Source: Candidatus Heimdallarchaeota archaeon (GTDB lineage Archaea; Asgardarchaeota; Heimdallarchaeia; Heimdallarchaeales; Heimdallarchaeaceae). Taken from it: a stretch of 64,000 bases of DNA. Location of the stretch: contig JAAFKI010000045.1 in NCBI GenBank assembly GCA_021399345.1, positions 128,001 to 192,000 on the forward strand, in the 5' to 3' direction. Shown piece by piece: positions 10,618 through 20,665 of this stretch. Made by a program: the position numbers and the translations under genes. The notes beneath the pieces are model-generated. The model did no database searches, was not told the DNA's origin, and worked only from the letters and a program-made list of their open reading frames with translations. How positions within the stretch are numbered: the stretch's first letter is position 1; each line of letters begins with the position of its first letter.

Positions 10618-11004
10618 TTAACTTATCATCATTGGGGTTAGTTGTTGCAATAATCGTTTAATATTGTGTTCCAGAAGGCCTCTGTTTTCTTCTTTGGTAG
10701 TTATAATTACTGCGTAATATTCATCACCAATTGGACGAAGATAAACAAAGTGATCCTTTTCTTCAATTGTAACACTCATCAAAGTAAATTCTTTCATTAA
10801 TTGTTGGAGGGATTCCTTTGCTAGAGAAAGCATCTTTTCACTTAACCATTGAATAACAAGTCTTTCAAATTTCTGTGATGATTCCGCTAACAATAAAGCA
10901 TCTTTAGCATAAATAATTGAACAACCCAATACTCCTTCTGTATTAGATTCAAATTCATGTAGCATTTTTTCTATTTGTTGTCCAGATAGACTCATCTTAT
11001 CCAC
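10618..11004 (-). CDS. Roadblock/LC7-like protein
   Basis: EGVLGCSII, DALLLAE, SVTIEE, FVYLRPI, YYAVIIT, GLLEHNIKR match Roadblock topology. Confidence 0.75.
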   Translation of the reverse strand: MDKMSLSGQQIEKMLHEFESNTEGVLGCSIIYAKDALLLAESSQKFERLVIQWLSEKMLSLAKESLQQLMKEFTLMSVTIEEKDHFVYLRPIGDEYYAVIITTKEENRGLLEHNIKRLLQQLTPMMIS

Positions 11005-11152
11005 CAGTTTCTTTGGGTAAGTAGTAATACTAATAGTATATCAATCTTATCTTTATTTTTGAATGTTCATTCAGTGATAGAATGCGGATTTAGTATATAA
11101 ACTCTCAAGTTTAGAAAAAAAACTTCATGCTGAAGTAGAATATTGAAATTTT

Positions 11153-12079
11153 TTATAACATTCTCTCAACAAACATAGAAATTCTACTCATGTGAGGAGA
11201 CATAGATTCTAATTCATCTCGAAAACTACTAAAAACAATAGCTTTTGAGGTTTGATTCTTGTTTGAATAAACCAATACCCAGTATAATTCATCCTCCACT
11301 GTAATTGATTTAATTAGATTTTCTGAGGATTTAGGATCGATGCTAATTTCTGAAGGATTGGACATAATGTATTTTATTACTGGATATATTTCGGAAAATA
11401 CTCGTCGACTAAAAACAAATGAAAAAAGCTGGTCATCCTTTGCAACTGCAAATAAACTTGAAATTAGTCTCTTATACCCCAAGAAGAAATTTGTTAAAGA
11501 TTTCTTAATACTATTAATTTTATCTCCACCCAATTTTTCTTCGTCAGTTAGAACCTCTACGAAAAATTCCTCCATCTTGACTGTTGGGATAGAAATTTCA
11601 GGGAGAGGTAAAGATTCTTCTGTAATTACTTCATTATCAATATATCTCTCTGGTTTTTTCTGTCCTTTTCTTCTAATTTCTGCAACTAAATCCAAGGGTA
11701 TAATTGTATCCCCAATATCAAACAGAGAAGAAATTTCACTAATAGATTTATTTTCTGTCAATATTTCATACCTAAGAGATATATTATGTATAAGTGTACT
11801 TTCAATTTCTTTGCTTAGGGTTTCCTTAGTAATAATAACAAGTAATTTTCCGTCATGAAGTTCTGCAAAAAGAAATTTGCTCGTACCAAAATCTATTGTT
11901 CTAACCTCTTCATTACCCATAGCATAAGTATAGCTGTGCAGTGCCGATATGAAACCGAATACTAATACATCATCAATATTCAAGAAATCTGTGAATTTTT
12001 CAGTAAATACACTAATTCCTTGATCTATAATTTGAATTGAGAAAATCTTCTCTTTGTATTTGGAAATATCAACACTCAT
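11153..12079 (-). CDS. Longin-like N-terminal domain, linker and second alpha/beta domain
   Basis: IQIIDQGISVF...DDVLVFGFISALHSY...IDFGTSKFLF is the pattern seen in Asgard longin-like domains. Confidence 0.7.
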   Translation of the reverse strand: MSVDISKYKEKIFSIQIIDQGISVFTEKFTDFLNIDDVLVFGFISALHSYTYAMGNEEVRTIDFGTSKFLFAELHDGKLLVIITKETLSKEIESTLIHNISLRYEILTENKSISEISSLFDIGDTIIPLDLVAEIRRKGQKKPERYIDNEVITEESLPLPEISIPTVKMEEFFVEVLTDEEKLGGDKINSIKKSLTNFFLGYKRLISSLFAVAKDDQLFSFVFSRRVFSEIYPVIKYIMSNPSEISIDPKSSENLIKSITVEDELYWVLVYSNKNQTSKAIVFSSFRDELESMSPHMSRISMFVERML

Positions 12080-12111
12080 TGGATAGAGATATAGTAAGAG
12101 GATTTTTATTC

Positions 12112-12654
12112 TTATTGTTGTTTTTCACTAAAAAAATCAGCGATTTTTGATTGTGTATAGAAAGTTAGTCCAACAGATTCTAAATTTCTTTGAATGTAAT
12201 CTTGTGTGGATGAGAACATGTAAACGTTTCTCTTCCATATAGTTTCTAAGTCCTTATTATCCGGAAAACTTCGATTTTTTCTCCAATTTTTTCGTCTATT
12301 TTTATAAATTCCATAATCTTTCAAGAGAACAAGATATCCTATGAATGTGACCCTCTTCAAAACATGAGAAAATTTCTTTCTTTCTAGTTCCCGTAAAATC
12401 AAAATTCTTAGATATTCATTTAGTTGTTCTAGAAACTTATCTTCATTTCCTGCAGATACTTTATTGTGATGTTTTGCTTCAAAAACAATATAGTATGTTT
12501 TGTCCCTAATAGATCTTTTAGCTAATATATCTAATCTCCTATTCTCAATCTTTTTCTCTTCCCAAACCTCAAAACTATTATTGTGTAAAAAATGTGCTAT
12601 TGAACTTTGAGCCACCCTCCATGCCTCAGGAGATTTTTCATTATTTGGATTCAT
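12112..12654 (-). CDS. PD-(D/E)XK nuclease-like protein with C-terminal PIP box
   Basis: E...RLDILA...FEAK catalytic pattern; QSKIADFF near the C-terminus; ATGA overlap with the TPR gene stop. Confidence 0.7.
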   Translation of the reverse strand: MNPNNEKSPEAWRVAQSSIAHFLHNNSFEVWEEKKIENRRLDILAKRSIRDKTYYIVFEAKHHNKVSAGNEDKFLEQLNEYLRILILRELERKKFSHVLKRVTFIGYLVLLKDYGIYKNRRKNWRKNRSFPDNKDLETIWKRNVYMFSSTQDYIQRNLESVGLTFYTQSKIADFFSEKQQ

Positions 12655-14426
12655 ATAGAGTTTTCCCATTCTTCAAATCGTGCAGCTGTTTTATAATCTT
12701 TATTCTTTATAGCAATGTCTTTTGCTTTGTTATAGCAATTTTTAGCTTCATTCTTAAGTTTCAATTCTTCATAGAGTATCCCAAGATTCGCCCAAGAAAT
12801 GGCTTTGCTTGGTTCAATATCTATAGCTGTTTGATAAGCATCAATCGCTTCATCATATCTCTTTAATTCTTTTAAAACATTACCTAAATTGTTTAAAGCT
12901 GCATGATCTTCAGGATTTAATTCCAATACTTTTTTGTATGTTTCTTCAGCCTTTTTGTAAAGTGATAATTCTTGATATGCTAGCCCAAGATTAAACTGTA
13001 TCCTAGAATCATTCGGATCAAATGATATTACTTTTCTGAAAGCTTCACTTGCACCAAGATAGTCTTTAGCTCTCATAAGAAGATCACCTATTTTATTCCA
13101 AAGAGTAGTTTCATCCCAAGGGAGATAAGAAGATACCATCTTAAGAATGCGAACTAATCGTTTATCATCATGAAGCACAGTTAAAATTGAAGTAATTTTC
13201 TGAAGATATTTTTGAACTTCTTTTCCAGACATCAGTAATTCTTCATAGATGCTTATGGCTTCATCTACCTTTCCCATTCTTTCATAAACCAAAGCCAAAT
13301 TTTCTAATATTCCTGCATTCTCGGGAAATTTTGATACACCTATCTGGAGTATTTCCAGAGAATTATCATATTTCTTTCTACTAATTAGCCCAGTTACGAA
13401 ACGAACAATTGCTTCAGCTGAAGACATCAATTGAATTTGCTTAATAAAGTACTCATACTCTCCCATAGATTCAATAGTTGCTATAGCTATTCCAGCTAAA
13501 GTCCAACACTCTAAACATTCTGGATCCAGTGTTAAAGCAGTCTTAATTGCTTTGATAGCTTGTTCATTTTTATGCTGAGCAAAGAAACAATCAGCTAATT
13601 CATTCCAATACTCAGGTATATCATTCTTAATCTGAAGTGCTTTCTTGAAATATTCTTCAGCAATGAGGTAATGTTTGCCTTCAAATGCCGCTTTTCCAGT
13701 GAAAAATAATATTACATGGCTATCTGGTTGTTTAAGAACTACGCTTGAAAAGAGAATGAAAGCTTCATCAGTATTATTATTTGCTAAAGCTTCTTGCCCG
13801 TTAACAAAATCTTTGTTTGCGTATAATTCCCTTAACTCGTGCTCAAATTGTTGTTTCAATTCAGTTGATGTTTGTGCTCTTCGAGTTAGAGATTTCAAAG
13901 ATTTTGGTAGGGGATAAGCAGTTGAAATATTCAATATCCTATATGCATCTGATGTTGAATCTTTTTTCTCATTGTTTGAATGTTCTATAAAATCTGGACG
14001 AAGCCTAAGATAACAATCCATTGCTTCCTTATGTTTACCTTGAAGCATGTATATTGACATCAAGTTTGCCCATGCGAATTGGTTGTCTGGATTGTAATTA
14101 GACAATTTACTATAAATTTCGATTGCCATATCATATTCTTTAATTTCAGTTAAAAGATTAGCTAGAATAATAACTTCATCTTCACGATCATAAGGTAGTT
14201 TAGAAAGTTCTTTTTTCAGTACTTTCTTTATTAAATCAAAATTATCTGTAAACTCTTTAAGAAAAATGTCATCCTCGAATTTGAATAGACTTGAAGTAAT
14301 TTCACCAGGAGGATAACTTGCATATATTTTACTGGTTGAATGTACAATTTCAGAAGCTATAGTCTCCAATAGGAGGGTAGTATTTTTCAACATCTCATCT
14401 ATTGGTCTAATATTTTCTTGTGTCAT
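12651..14426 (-). CDS. Tetratricopeptide-repeat protein
   Basis: Many TPR units, for example ALNNLGNVLKELKRYDEAIDAYQTAIDIEP. Confidence 0.93.
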   Translation of the reverse strand: MTQENIRPIDEMLKNTTLLLETIASEIVHSTSKIYASYPPGEITSSLFKFEDDIFLKEFTDNFDLIKKVLKKELSKLPYDREDEVIILANLLTEIKEYDMAIEIYSKLSNYNPDNQFAWANLMSIYMLQGKHKEAMDCYLRLRPDFIEHSNNEKKDSTSDAYRILNISTAYPLPKSLKSLTRRAQTSTELKQQFEHELRELYANKDFVNGQEALANNNTDEAFILFSSVVLKQPDSHVILFFTGKAAFEGKHYLIAEEYFKKALQIKNDIPEYWNELADCFFAQHKNEQAIKAIKTALTLDPECLECWTLAGIAIATIESMGEYEYFIKQIQLMSSAEAIVRFVTGLISRKKYDNSLEILQIGVSKFPENAGILENLALVYERMGKVDEAISIYEELLMSGKEVQKYLQKITSILTVLHDDKRLVRILKMVSSYLPWDETTLWNKIGDLLMRAKDYLGASEAFRKVISFDPNDSRIQFNLGLAYQELSLYKKAEETYKKVLELNPEDHAALNNLGNVLKELKRYDEAIDAYQTAIDIEPSKAISWANLGILYEELKLKNEAKNCYNKAKDIAIKNKDYKTAARFEEWENSI

Positions 14427-14746
14427 TTAATTTCACAAACCAGACTATTTGCTTTACCCCCTAAGTCGTAAATGACCCCAACCAGAGGTTCGTATTAGTT
14501 TTTGACTAATCTCTTTGAAATAGCTTTTCATTACTCGTTGTATTTAAACATTGCTAGTTAATTTTTGATTACTAGTCTAGTTTCAATAATATAATTCACA
14601 CGGGTATTTATTAATATAATCTTCTAAAAAAATGGAGTTAGTGCAAAAAATCGAATTTTCAACTATTTCTTAATCGTCTGTTTTACGTTTTCTCTACTCA
14701 TGCAATAAAGCTTATATGGACTCTCATAAACGAAACAAAGACACTT

Positions 14747-16831
14747 ATGAGTAATCGTAGAGAGAGTGGAACCGAGATAGATGATTATATTTTTTGTTCC
14801 AAATGTGGGAAAATCATACCATCCAATGCAAACAATGGAATCTGTACTAAATGCAATACACCTCTCAATCAACCTGTAGTTCATAAGCGATTAAATACGA
14901 ATAAAGTGTGGGAAGAGTATTTTCCCTATATTGAAGTCAGACCTCTTCAAAATCAAATTATAGAGAGTATTTCTGAAGAGAACAACAATCAAAAACATAT
15001 AATTATTCAAGCTGCTAACGGTGTAGGTAAAACAATCGCTATTTTAACAGCTTTATTGCCAATCTGTATAAAGAAGAAGAAAACTATAGTTTACTGTTGC
15101 CGAACTCATCAACAAATGAGCAGGGTGATAGAAGAACTAAAGATGATTAAACAGCTTAAACCTATTTCAGGAATAGCTCTAAGAGGGAGAAAGGAATTGT
15201 GTTTACATCCGATTATTCAGAAGTTTGCTTTAGATGCTGCGAATGCTGCAGATATTTGTAGATATCTAAAAAAAGAGAATAAGTGCAAATATTTCTCCAA
15301 TACTGCTAAAACAGATATTAAAGCTAAAATAGAAAAGATAACAAAAGAACAAGTTCTAGATAGTTTGGAGATATTTGAAATTGGAAAATCCTTTGAAGTA
15401 TGCCCATTTGAAATTTCGAAGAAAGTGATACCAAATGTAAATGTTGTAGCAGCTAGTTATCAACATATTTTCAATCCGGGAGTACAAGCGAATTTTCTAC
15501 AGAATTTGGATAAAGAATTAAAGAACATCATATTAGTAATTGATGAAGCTCATAATTTACCTTCAACAGCTGTCGATATTAGCAGTAATAGCTTATCAAA
15601 TTTTAGCATTGATAATGCTAAATCAGAAGCGATAAAATACAAGATGGGTGAAATTTATGACCTACTAGATGCTTTATCTTTAATACTAGTTGATGAAAGC
15701 TCTTCTTTAAAAATAAATGAAGAAATTAGTTTCAATCCTGCTGATTTTATTAAAAAAGTAGAAAAAAGTGCTGGTCAAAAAATTGATGAACAATTCCTAA
15801 AATCGCTTGACAGACTTGCGGATTTTGTCAAAGAAATGCAAGCTAAACAGAATAAAGCTCCTCTTTCTTACACATCTGCAGTTGTATCCTATCTCAATCG
15901 GCTTCTTGAAACAAAAACAAGAGATGACTTTGCTCATTTCATTTTGAAAAAAGAATCAAAAACTGGAAATATAAGCTCAAAACTATTAACACAGTCGCTT
16001 GACCCTAGATCAATAACGAAAAATATTCTAGATAGCGTATATATGTCGGTTTCCTTATCAGGAACTTTAGATCCAATTGAAGCATATGCATCACTGATTG
16101 GACTTCAACTTGAAAATTTAAAGATTCTTAGTTTACCGTCTCCTTACAGAAAAGAAAACCATGTTACTTTGGTAGTTGATAAGATTTCATCAAAACTAGA
16201 AGATCGAATTCCTGCTACATTTTTAAAAATGTTGGAAGTAATTACAGAAACAGTCGAGTCAACACCAAAAAATATAGGTGTTTTCTGTGCAAGTTATGCC
16301 ATTATGAGAAGTATCCTTGAAACAGGTCTTGAAAGAGCTATATCAAAGCCTCTTTTCATTGCTTATCAGGGAATGTCGTCTCGAGAAAACGATAAACTAG
16401 TTCAGGATTTTAAGAATGAATCCAAGAAGAAGGGGGGCGTTTTAATATCTGTTCTAGGTGGCAGATCATCTGAAGGAAGTGACTATCCAGGAGGTGAAAT
16501 GCAGAGTGTAATTATTGTAGGAATTCCTTATGCAAGGCCAACTCCTACAGTCAAAGCCAGCATAGATTATTTGGAAAAGCAATTTCCAACCAAAGGTAGA
16601 GAGTTTGGCTACAATATTCCTGCAATTACTAGAGCGGCTCAAGCAGCAGGAAGACCAATTAGAAGTTTAGAAGATTACGCAGTAATCATGTTACTTGACT
16701 ATCGTTTTGCCAGACATTATTACAAAAAACATCTCCCTATATGGTTAAAGGATAACTTGCATCTGGTACAACCAGAAAAGGAAATTTTGCAATCTAAAAT
16801 TAAACAATTCTATCAATATCATGGGGACTAG
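14747..16831 (+). CDS. xpd: XPD/Rad3-family 5'-3' Fe-S DNA helicase with extra N-terminal zinc ribbon
   Basis: Q motif RPLQ, AANGVGKT, Fe-S cysteines (LCLH, ICR, KCKY, VCPF), IDEAHN, QAAGRPIR. Confidence 0.92.
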   Translation: MSNRRESGTEIDDYIFCSKCGKIIPSNANNGICTKCNTPLNQPVVHKRLNTNKVWEEYFPYIEVRPLQNQIIESISEENNNQKHIIIQAANGVGKTIAILTALLPICIKKKKTIVYCCRTHQQMSRVIEELKMIKQLKPISGIALRGRKELCLHPIIQKFALDAANAADICRYLKKENKCKYFSNTAKTDIKAKIEKITKEQVLDSLEIFEIGKSFEVCPFEISKKVIPNVNVVAASYQHIFNPGVQANFLQNLDKELKNIILVIDEAHNLPSTAVDISSNSLSNFSIDNAKSEAIKYKMGEIYDLLDALSLILVDESSSLKINEEISFNPADFIKKVEKSAGQKIDEQFLKSLDRLADFVKEMQAKQNKAPLSYTSAVVSYLNRLLETKTRDDFAHFILKKESKTGNISSKLLTQSLDPRSITKNILDSVYMSVSLSGTLDPIEAYASLIGLQLENLKILSLPSPYRKENHVTLVVDKISSKLEDRIPATFLKMLEVITETVESTPKNIGVFCASYAIMRSILETGLERAISKPLFIAYQGMSSRENDKLVQDFKNESKKKGGVLISVLGGRSSEGSDYPGGEMQSVIIVGIPYARPTPTVKASIDYLEKQFPTKGREFGYNIPAITRAAQAAGRPIRSLEDYAVIMLLDYRFARHYYKKHLPIWLKDNLHLVQPEKEILQSKIKQFYQYHGD

Positions 16832-17342
16832 TATCCCATCTTTTAGGAAATTGAGAAACTATTTTAAGACTCATAACCAAACAGCAGATATGAAGGTCAT
16901 TTATGAAATAAAAAACACAAGTGAGTTTCTCAATCAATTATATCTGATTGCTCAGAAATATGGAGCACATGTCTCAAAACAAGATGAAGGACCGGGTCAC
17001 TTTATTTTCATCAAATCAAGACTTAAAATAGCTGGAAAACTGAGAGATAACAAACAATTTGCATATGTTTGGGGAGCTACTGAGGAAGATCTTTCTTTTC
17101 TGAATTCTTTTTGGGGAGAACCAGATCAAATTATAGAACTAAAAATGACACCTCTTGAATTTGCATTCGAATTAATCGAAATTCCTCAAGCAGAAGCACT
17201 TACTGTTGAAGAAATAATGCAGATAATGGAGATAACTGAAAAAGATTTTAAGCAATACTCAAGATATATTAAAATGGCTTCAAGAAAATCTGATATCTCC
17301 GAAGATGTAAAGCGAGCAAATACAATTTTAGAAAATCTGTAG
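16821..17342 (+). CDS. Hypothetical protein
   Basis: 173-aa ORF overlapping or abutting the xpd stop; the real start may be the internal MKVIYEI. Confidence 0.7.
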   Translation: MGTSIPSFRKLRNYFKTHNQTADMKVIYEIKNTSEFLNQLYLIAQKYGAHVSKQDEGPGHFIFIKSRLKIAGKLRDNKQFAYVWGATEEDLSFLNSFWGEPDQIIELKMTPLEFAFELIEIPQAEALTVEEIMQIMEITEKDFKQYSRYIKMASRKSDISEDVKRANTILENL

Positions 17343-17400
17343 AAAATCTGATTCGGTTTAGACGATATATATTTATTAAGCATAATTTGTATGTATAGAT

Positions 17401-19440
17401 ATGATTAGAAAAAAACAAATTATCTTTTTAGCAATTTTGTCGTTACTTTTACCAGCATTTGTTCCATTTAGTGCAAATCAACAAGTACTTGTTGCTTCAA
17501 ATTTTGCTAATAATTTAAGTGATATTTCTCTGGATGCCATTACAACAGAAACATTTTCAGGAATAACAAATATTACTACTTTTGTAGGACCAGATAATGC
17601 TCATGAAATTGTAATAAATTCCATTAATAATGCACAATCAACCTTCTATCTTGAAGTTTATACATTGTCAAGTGAATCTTTAATAAATGAGCTTATTGCA
17701 GCTCATGGTAGAGGAGTCACAGTTATTGTACAACTTTCAGATGACCGTGTTAACAGCTATGAAGATGAATATACCGAAGAAGCTGCATGGAGACTAGATA
17801 ATGCAGGAATTGATGTTTACTGGACAAGTAGTTCTTTCACTTTCACACATGCTAAATTCTGGATTGTGGATAGTCAAGAAGTTTATGTATACTCAGGAAA
17901 CTGGGCTCCTTCAAGTATGCCTGAATCTCCTGAAGCAAGAACTAATAGAGAGATGGGATTTATTTTCAATGATGTTGCAATTGCATCATACTTTGAAGAC
18001 GTCTTCATTGATGATGGGTTGATTTCTACTGCATACGATTCTGCAATTGGACATACTGGAAATCTTCAAGCTCCTGAAACTAGTGGAACTTATGAACATC
18101 CATTTTCTCCATCTATCTTCGTAGAGTATGCTGAAGTAACACCAATTTTCTCTCCAGATAACAGTTTTGAATTACTTTCTAACTTAATTCAATCAGCAAC
18201 TACTAGTATCGATTTAGAACTTCAATATATCAAGTTTGATTGTGATTTACTCTATGATGTTATTGATGCTGCACTAAGAGGGGTTTCAATAAGAGTTCTA
18301 ATACCAGAACCTGACTCATCAACCGGAAATGTTACAGAAACTTTGATCAACAGTGGTGTTCAAGTTAAGTTTTTCAAAGGTATGTATGATCATAACAAAT
18401 ATGTTTCTGTTGATGGTGAAACTGTCCAAGTTTCAAGTATCAATTGGTCTAACAATTCAATTGAAAATAACAGAGAAGCAGGAGCTATTGTAAAAAATGC
18501 TAATATTGCAGCATATTTCAAAGAAGTATTTGATTATGATTGGACTAATGGTGAAACACCTGTTGGTTTTGCAGCTCCAGTAGCTTTAGTATCTCCAAAA
18601 GTTGGAGGAATAGCTTCAGGAAACTACCTGTTCCAAGCATCATTTGCAATTAATACATACACCTCTGGAGAGCTTTTCATTGATGGTACATCGGTTCATA
18701 TCTGGAGTAATCCAACTGGAATAGTCAGTACAAGCATCAATACTGAAACATATACCCATGGTATCCACAATATCAAAGTTTTAGGAACTCCTACTGTGGG
18801 AGATCCTATTGAAGTTGTTAAAAAGATTAACATAATCAATGAAGCAGGATGGAAAATATTCATCACTGAAATTCGTTATGATGCTGACGATGAACCTGAA
18901 GGGGAATTTGTTGAGATTTATAATGCGTTTGATTTTGATATTTACCTTGAAAACTGGAAACTAACGGATAGTGAGGGAAATTATATCCTACCAGAAGGGG
19001 CACAAATTGATGCAGATGACATATTGATATTTGCATATGATAAAGCAATATATCTAAGTGAGATGACAGCATTAGGTGTTACAGCTCCAGCTGCTGATTA
19101 CAATTTAGGTGACATTCAACTAGCTAATACAGGAGATGATCTTAGCTTAAAAGATCCATCAGATGCTACAAAGGATGCTGTTGCTTGGGGATCTGGAAGT
19201 GTAGCAGGTGTTGTTGCATGGTCAGGCTCTACTACAGATGCAGATAAAACTTTACAAAGAGATCCTGCGAATGAGGACACAAATAATTGTAACACAGATT
19301 TCATAGTAGATACTCCAAATCCAGGAGCTGTATATGTTAGTACTCCACCTGACACAGGTTATACTTCATATGAGTTTGTATTGCCTGTGATTGGAATAGT
19401 AGGTTTAGCTGTACTACTTTTAAGAAGAAGAAAAAGGTAA
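17401..19440 (+). CDS. Secreted, membrane-anchored phospholipase-D-superfamily protein with lamin-tail domain
   Basis: Signal peptide; two HKD motifs (HAKFWIVD, HNKYVSVD); LTD motif ITEIRYD...EFVEIYN...LENWKLTD; C-terminal TM and RRRKR. Confidence 0.88.
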   Translation: MIRKKQIIFLAILSLLLPAFVPFSANQQVLVASNFANNLSDISLDAITTETFSGITNITTFVGPDNAHEIVINSINNAQSTFYLEVYTLSSESLINELIAAHGRGVTVIVQLSDDRVNSYEDEYTEEAAWRLDNAGIDVYWTSSSFTFTHAKFWIVDSQEVYVYSGNWAPSSMPESPEARTNREMGFIFNDVAIASYFEDVFIDDGLISTAYDSAIGHTGNLQAPETSGTYEHPFSPSIFVEYAEVTPIFSPDNSFELLSNLIQSATTSIDLELQYIKFDCDLLYDVIDAALRGVSIRVLIPEPDSSTGNVTETLINSGVQVKFFKGMYDHNKYVSVDGETVQVSSINWSNNSIENNREAGAIVKNANIAAYFKEVFDYDWTNGETPVGFAAPVALVSPKVGGIASGNYLFQASFAINTYTSGELFIDGTSVHIWSNPTGIVSTSINTETYTHGIHNIKVLGTPTVGDPIEVVKKINIINEAGWKIFITEIRYDADDEPEGEFVEIYNAFDFDIYLENWKLTDSEGNYILPEGAQIDADDILIFAYDKAIYLSEMTALGVTAPAADYNLGDIQLANTGDDLSLKDPSDATKDAVAWGSGSVAGVVAWSGSTTDADKTLQRDPANEDTNNCNTDFIVDTPNPGAVYVSTPPDTGYTSYEFVLPVIGIVGLAVLLLRRRKR

Positions 19441-19473
19441 TTCCTTTTTCATTTTTTATTTTTTGGACTTTTT
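19441..19473 (+). terminator. Putative archaeal oligo-T terminator
   Basis: T-runs (ttcctttttcattttttattttttgg) immediately after the stop codon. Confidence 0.45.
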
Positions 19474-19500
19474 ATATTAAAAAGACTATAATTCAATAAT

Positions 19501-20631
19501 ATGACACTTGCTAATCAAGTCGTTTATTTCTCAGAGAAGGAACAAACATTTGATTCTATCATACTGTATATGGATTTAGATGCTTTTTTTGCTTCTGTTG
19601 AAATAAGAGATAATCCTAGTTTAGCAGATAAACCTCTAGTTGTTGGAGGAAATCCAAAAACAAAGCAAGGTGTCGTTAGTACTTGTAACTATAATGCAAG
19701 AAAATATGGTATTCATTCAGGTATGCCAATATCACAAGCACTAAGATTATGTCCACATCTAACAATGGTTAGAGGGTCATATAAGCTGTATAGTGAAGTT
19801 TCAAAGAGTATTATGAATATAGTAAAACATTATTCCCCTACTATGAAAGTAGCAGGTAATGATGAAGCTTATCTTGATTTAACTGAAATAGCATCCGATT
19901 ATGAAGAAGCAAGAAGACTTGCTGTGGAATTAAAGGATGACATTTATGCGACAGAACGTTTAACTTGTTCAATAGGTATTGCTCCTACAAAAATACTGGC
20001 AAAAATCGCTTCTGAAACAGATAAACCTGATGGATTAATTGTTGTAAAACCTCTAGAGATTACAGAATTTATGGAACCTCTCAAAATTACCATCATACCT
20101 GGAGTAGGAAAAAAAAGTGCTGAATCTTTCAGTAGGAAAAATATATACACATGTGGTGATTTAGCCAAATTACCATACCAGTTAGTCTACCAGAAATTTG
20201 GTAAATATGGACTTAAAACATGGAAACTGGTAAATGGTTTCAATACTGAAAATACTCAAGAAAAATTCTTATCTAGTGAAAGGAAATCAATTAGTGAAGA
20301 GAGAACTTTCTTTGATAGATACCAAAAATGGGAAAATATTTGGGTACAAATTGATTCTTCCATTGACACAATTATAGCAAGAATGAAAGTTAAAAACATG
20401 AGTTTTAAAACTATAACTCTTAAAATTCGTTTTAAAAACTTCGAAACCTATACTAGATCACATTCTCTATCCAGTTACAATATCACAGAAAAACTTGTTA
20501 GGACTGTTGTCCAGAAACTTTTAGAAGAATTTGAAAACAAAAAACCTGAAGATATAAGACTGATAGGGGTTAAAATATCTAATTTAAGAAAAATAGATAA
20601 TAATCAAAAAACTTTAACACAATTTTTTTAA
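19501..20631 (+). CDS. dinB: Y-family DNA polymerase IV
   Basis: MDLDAFFASVE, STCNYNARKYG, DEAYLD, AKIASE..KPDG; C-terminal PIP box QKTLTQFF. Confidence 0.95.
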   Translation: MTLANQVVYFSEKEQTFDSIILYMDLDAFFASVEIRDNPSLADKPLVVGGNPKTKQGVVSTCNYNARKYGIHSGMPISQALRLCPHLTMVRGSYKLYSEVSKSIMNIVKHYSPTMKVAGNDEAYLDLTEIASDYEEARRLAVELKDDIYATERLTCSIGIAPTKILAKIASETDKPDGLIVVKPLEITEFMEPLKITIIPGVGKKSAESFSRKNIYTCGDLAKLPYQLVYQKFGKYGLKTWKLVNGFNTENTQEKFLSSERKSISEERTFFDRYQKWENIWVQIDSSIDTIIARMKVKNMSFKTITLKIRFKNFETYTRSHSLSSYNITEKLVRTVVQKLLEEFENKKPEDIRLIGVKISNLRKIDNNQKTLTQFF

Positions 20632-20665
20632 TACTGTTATGTAAGTATTAAAGAAAGGAAAAATC

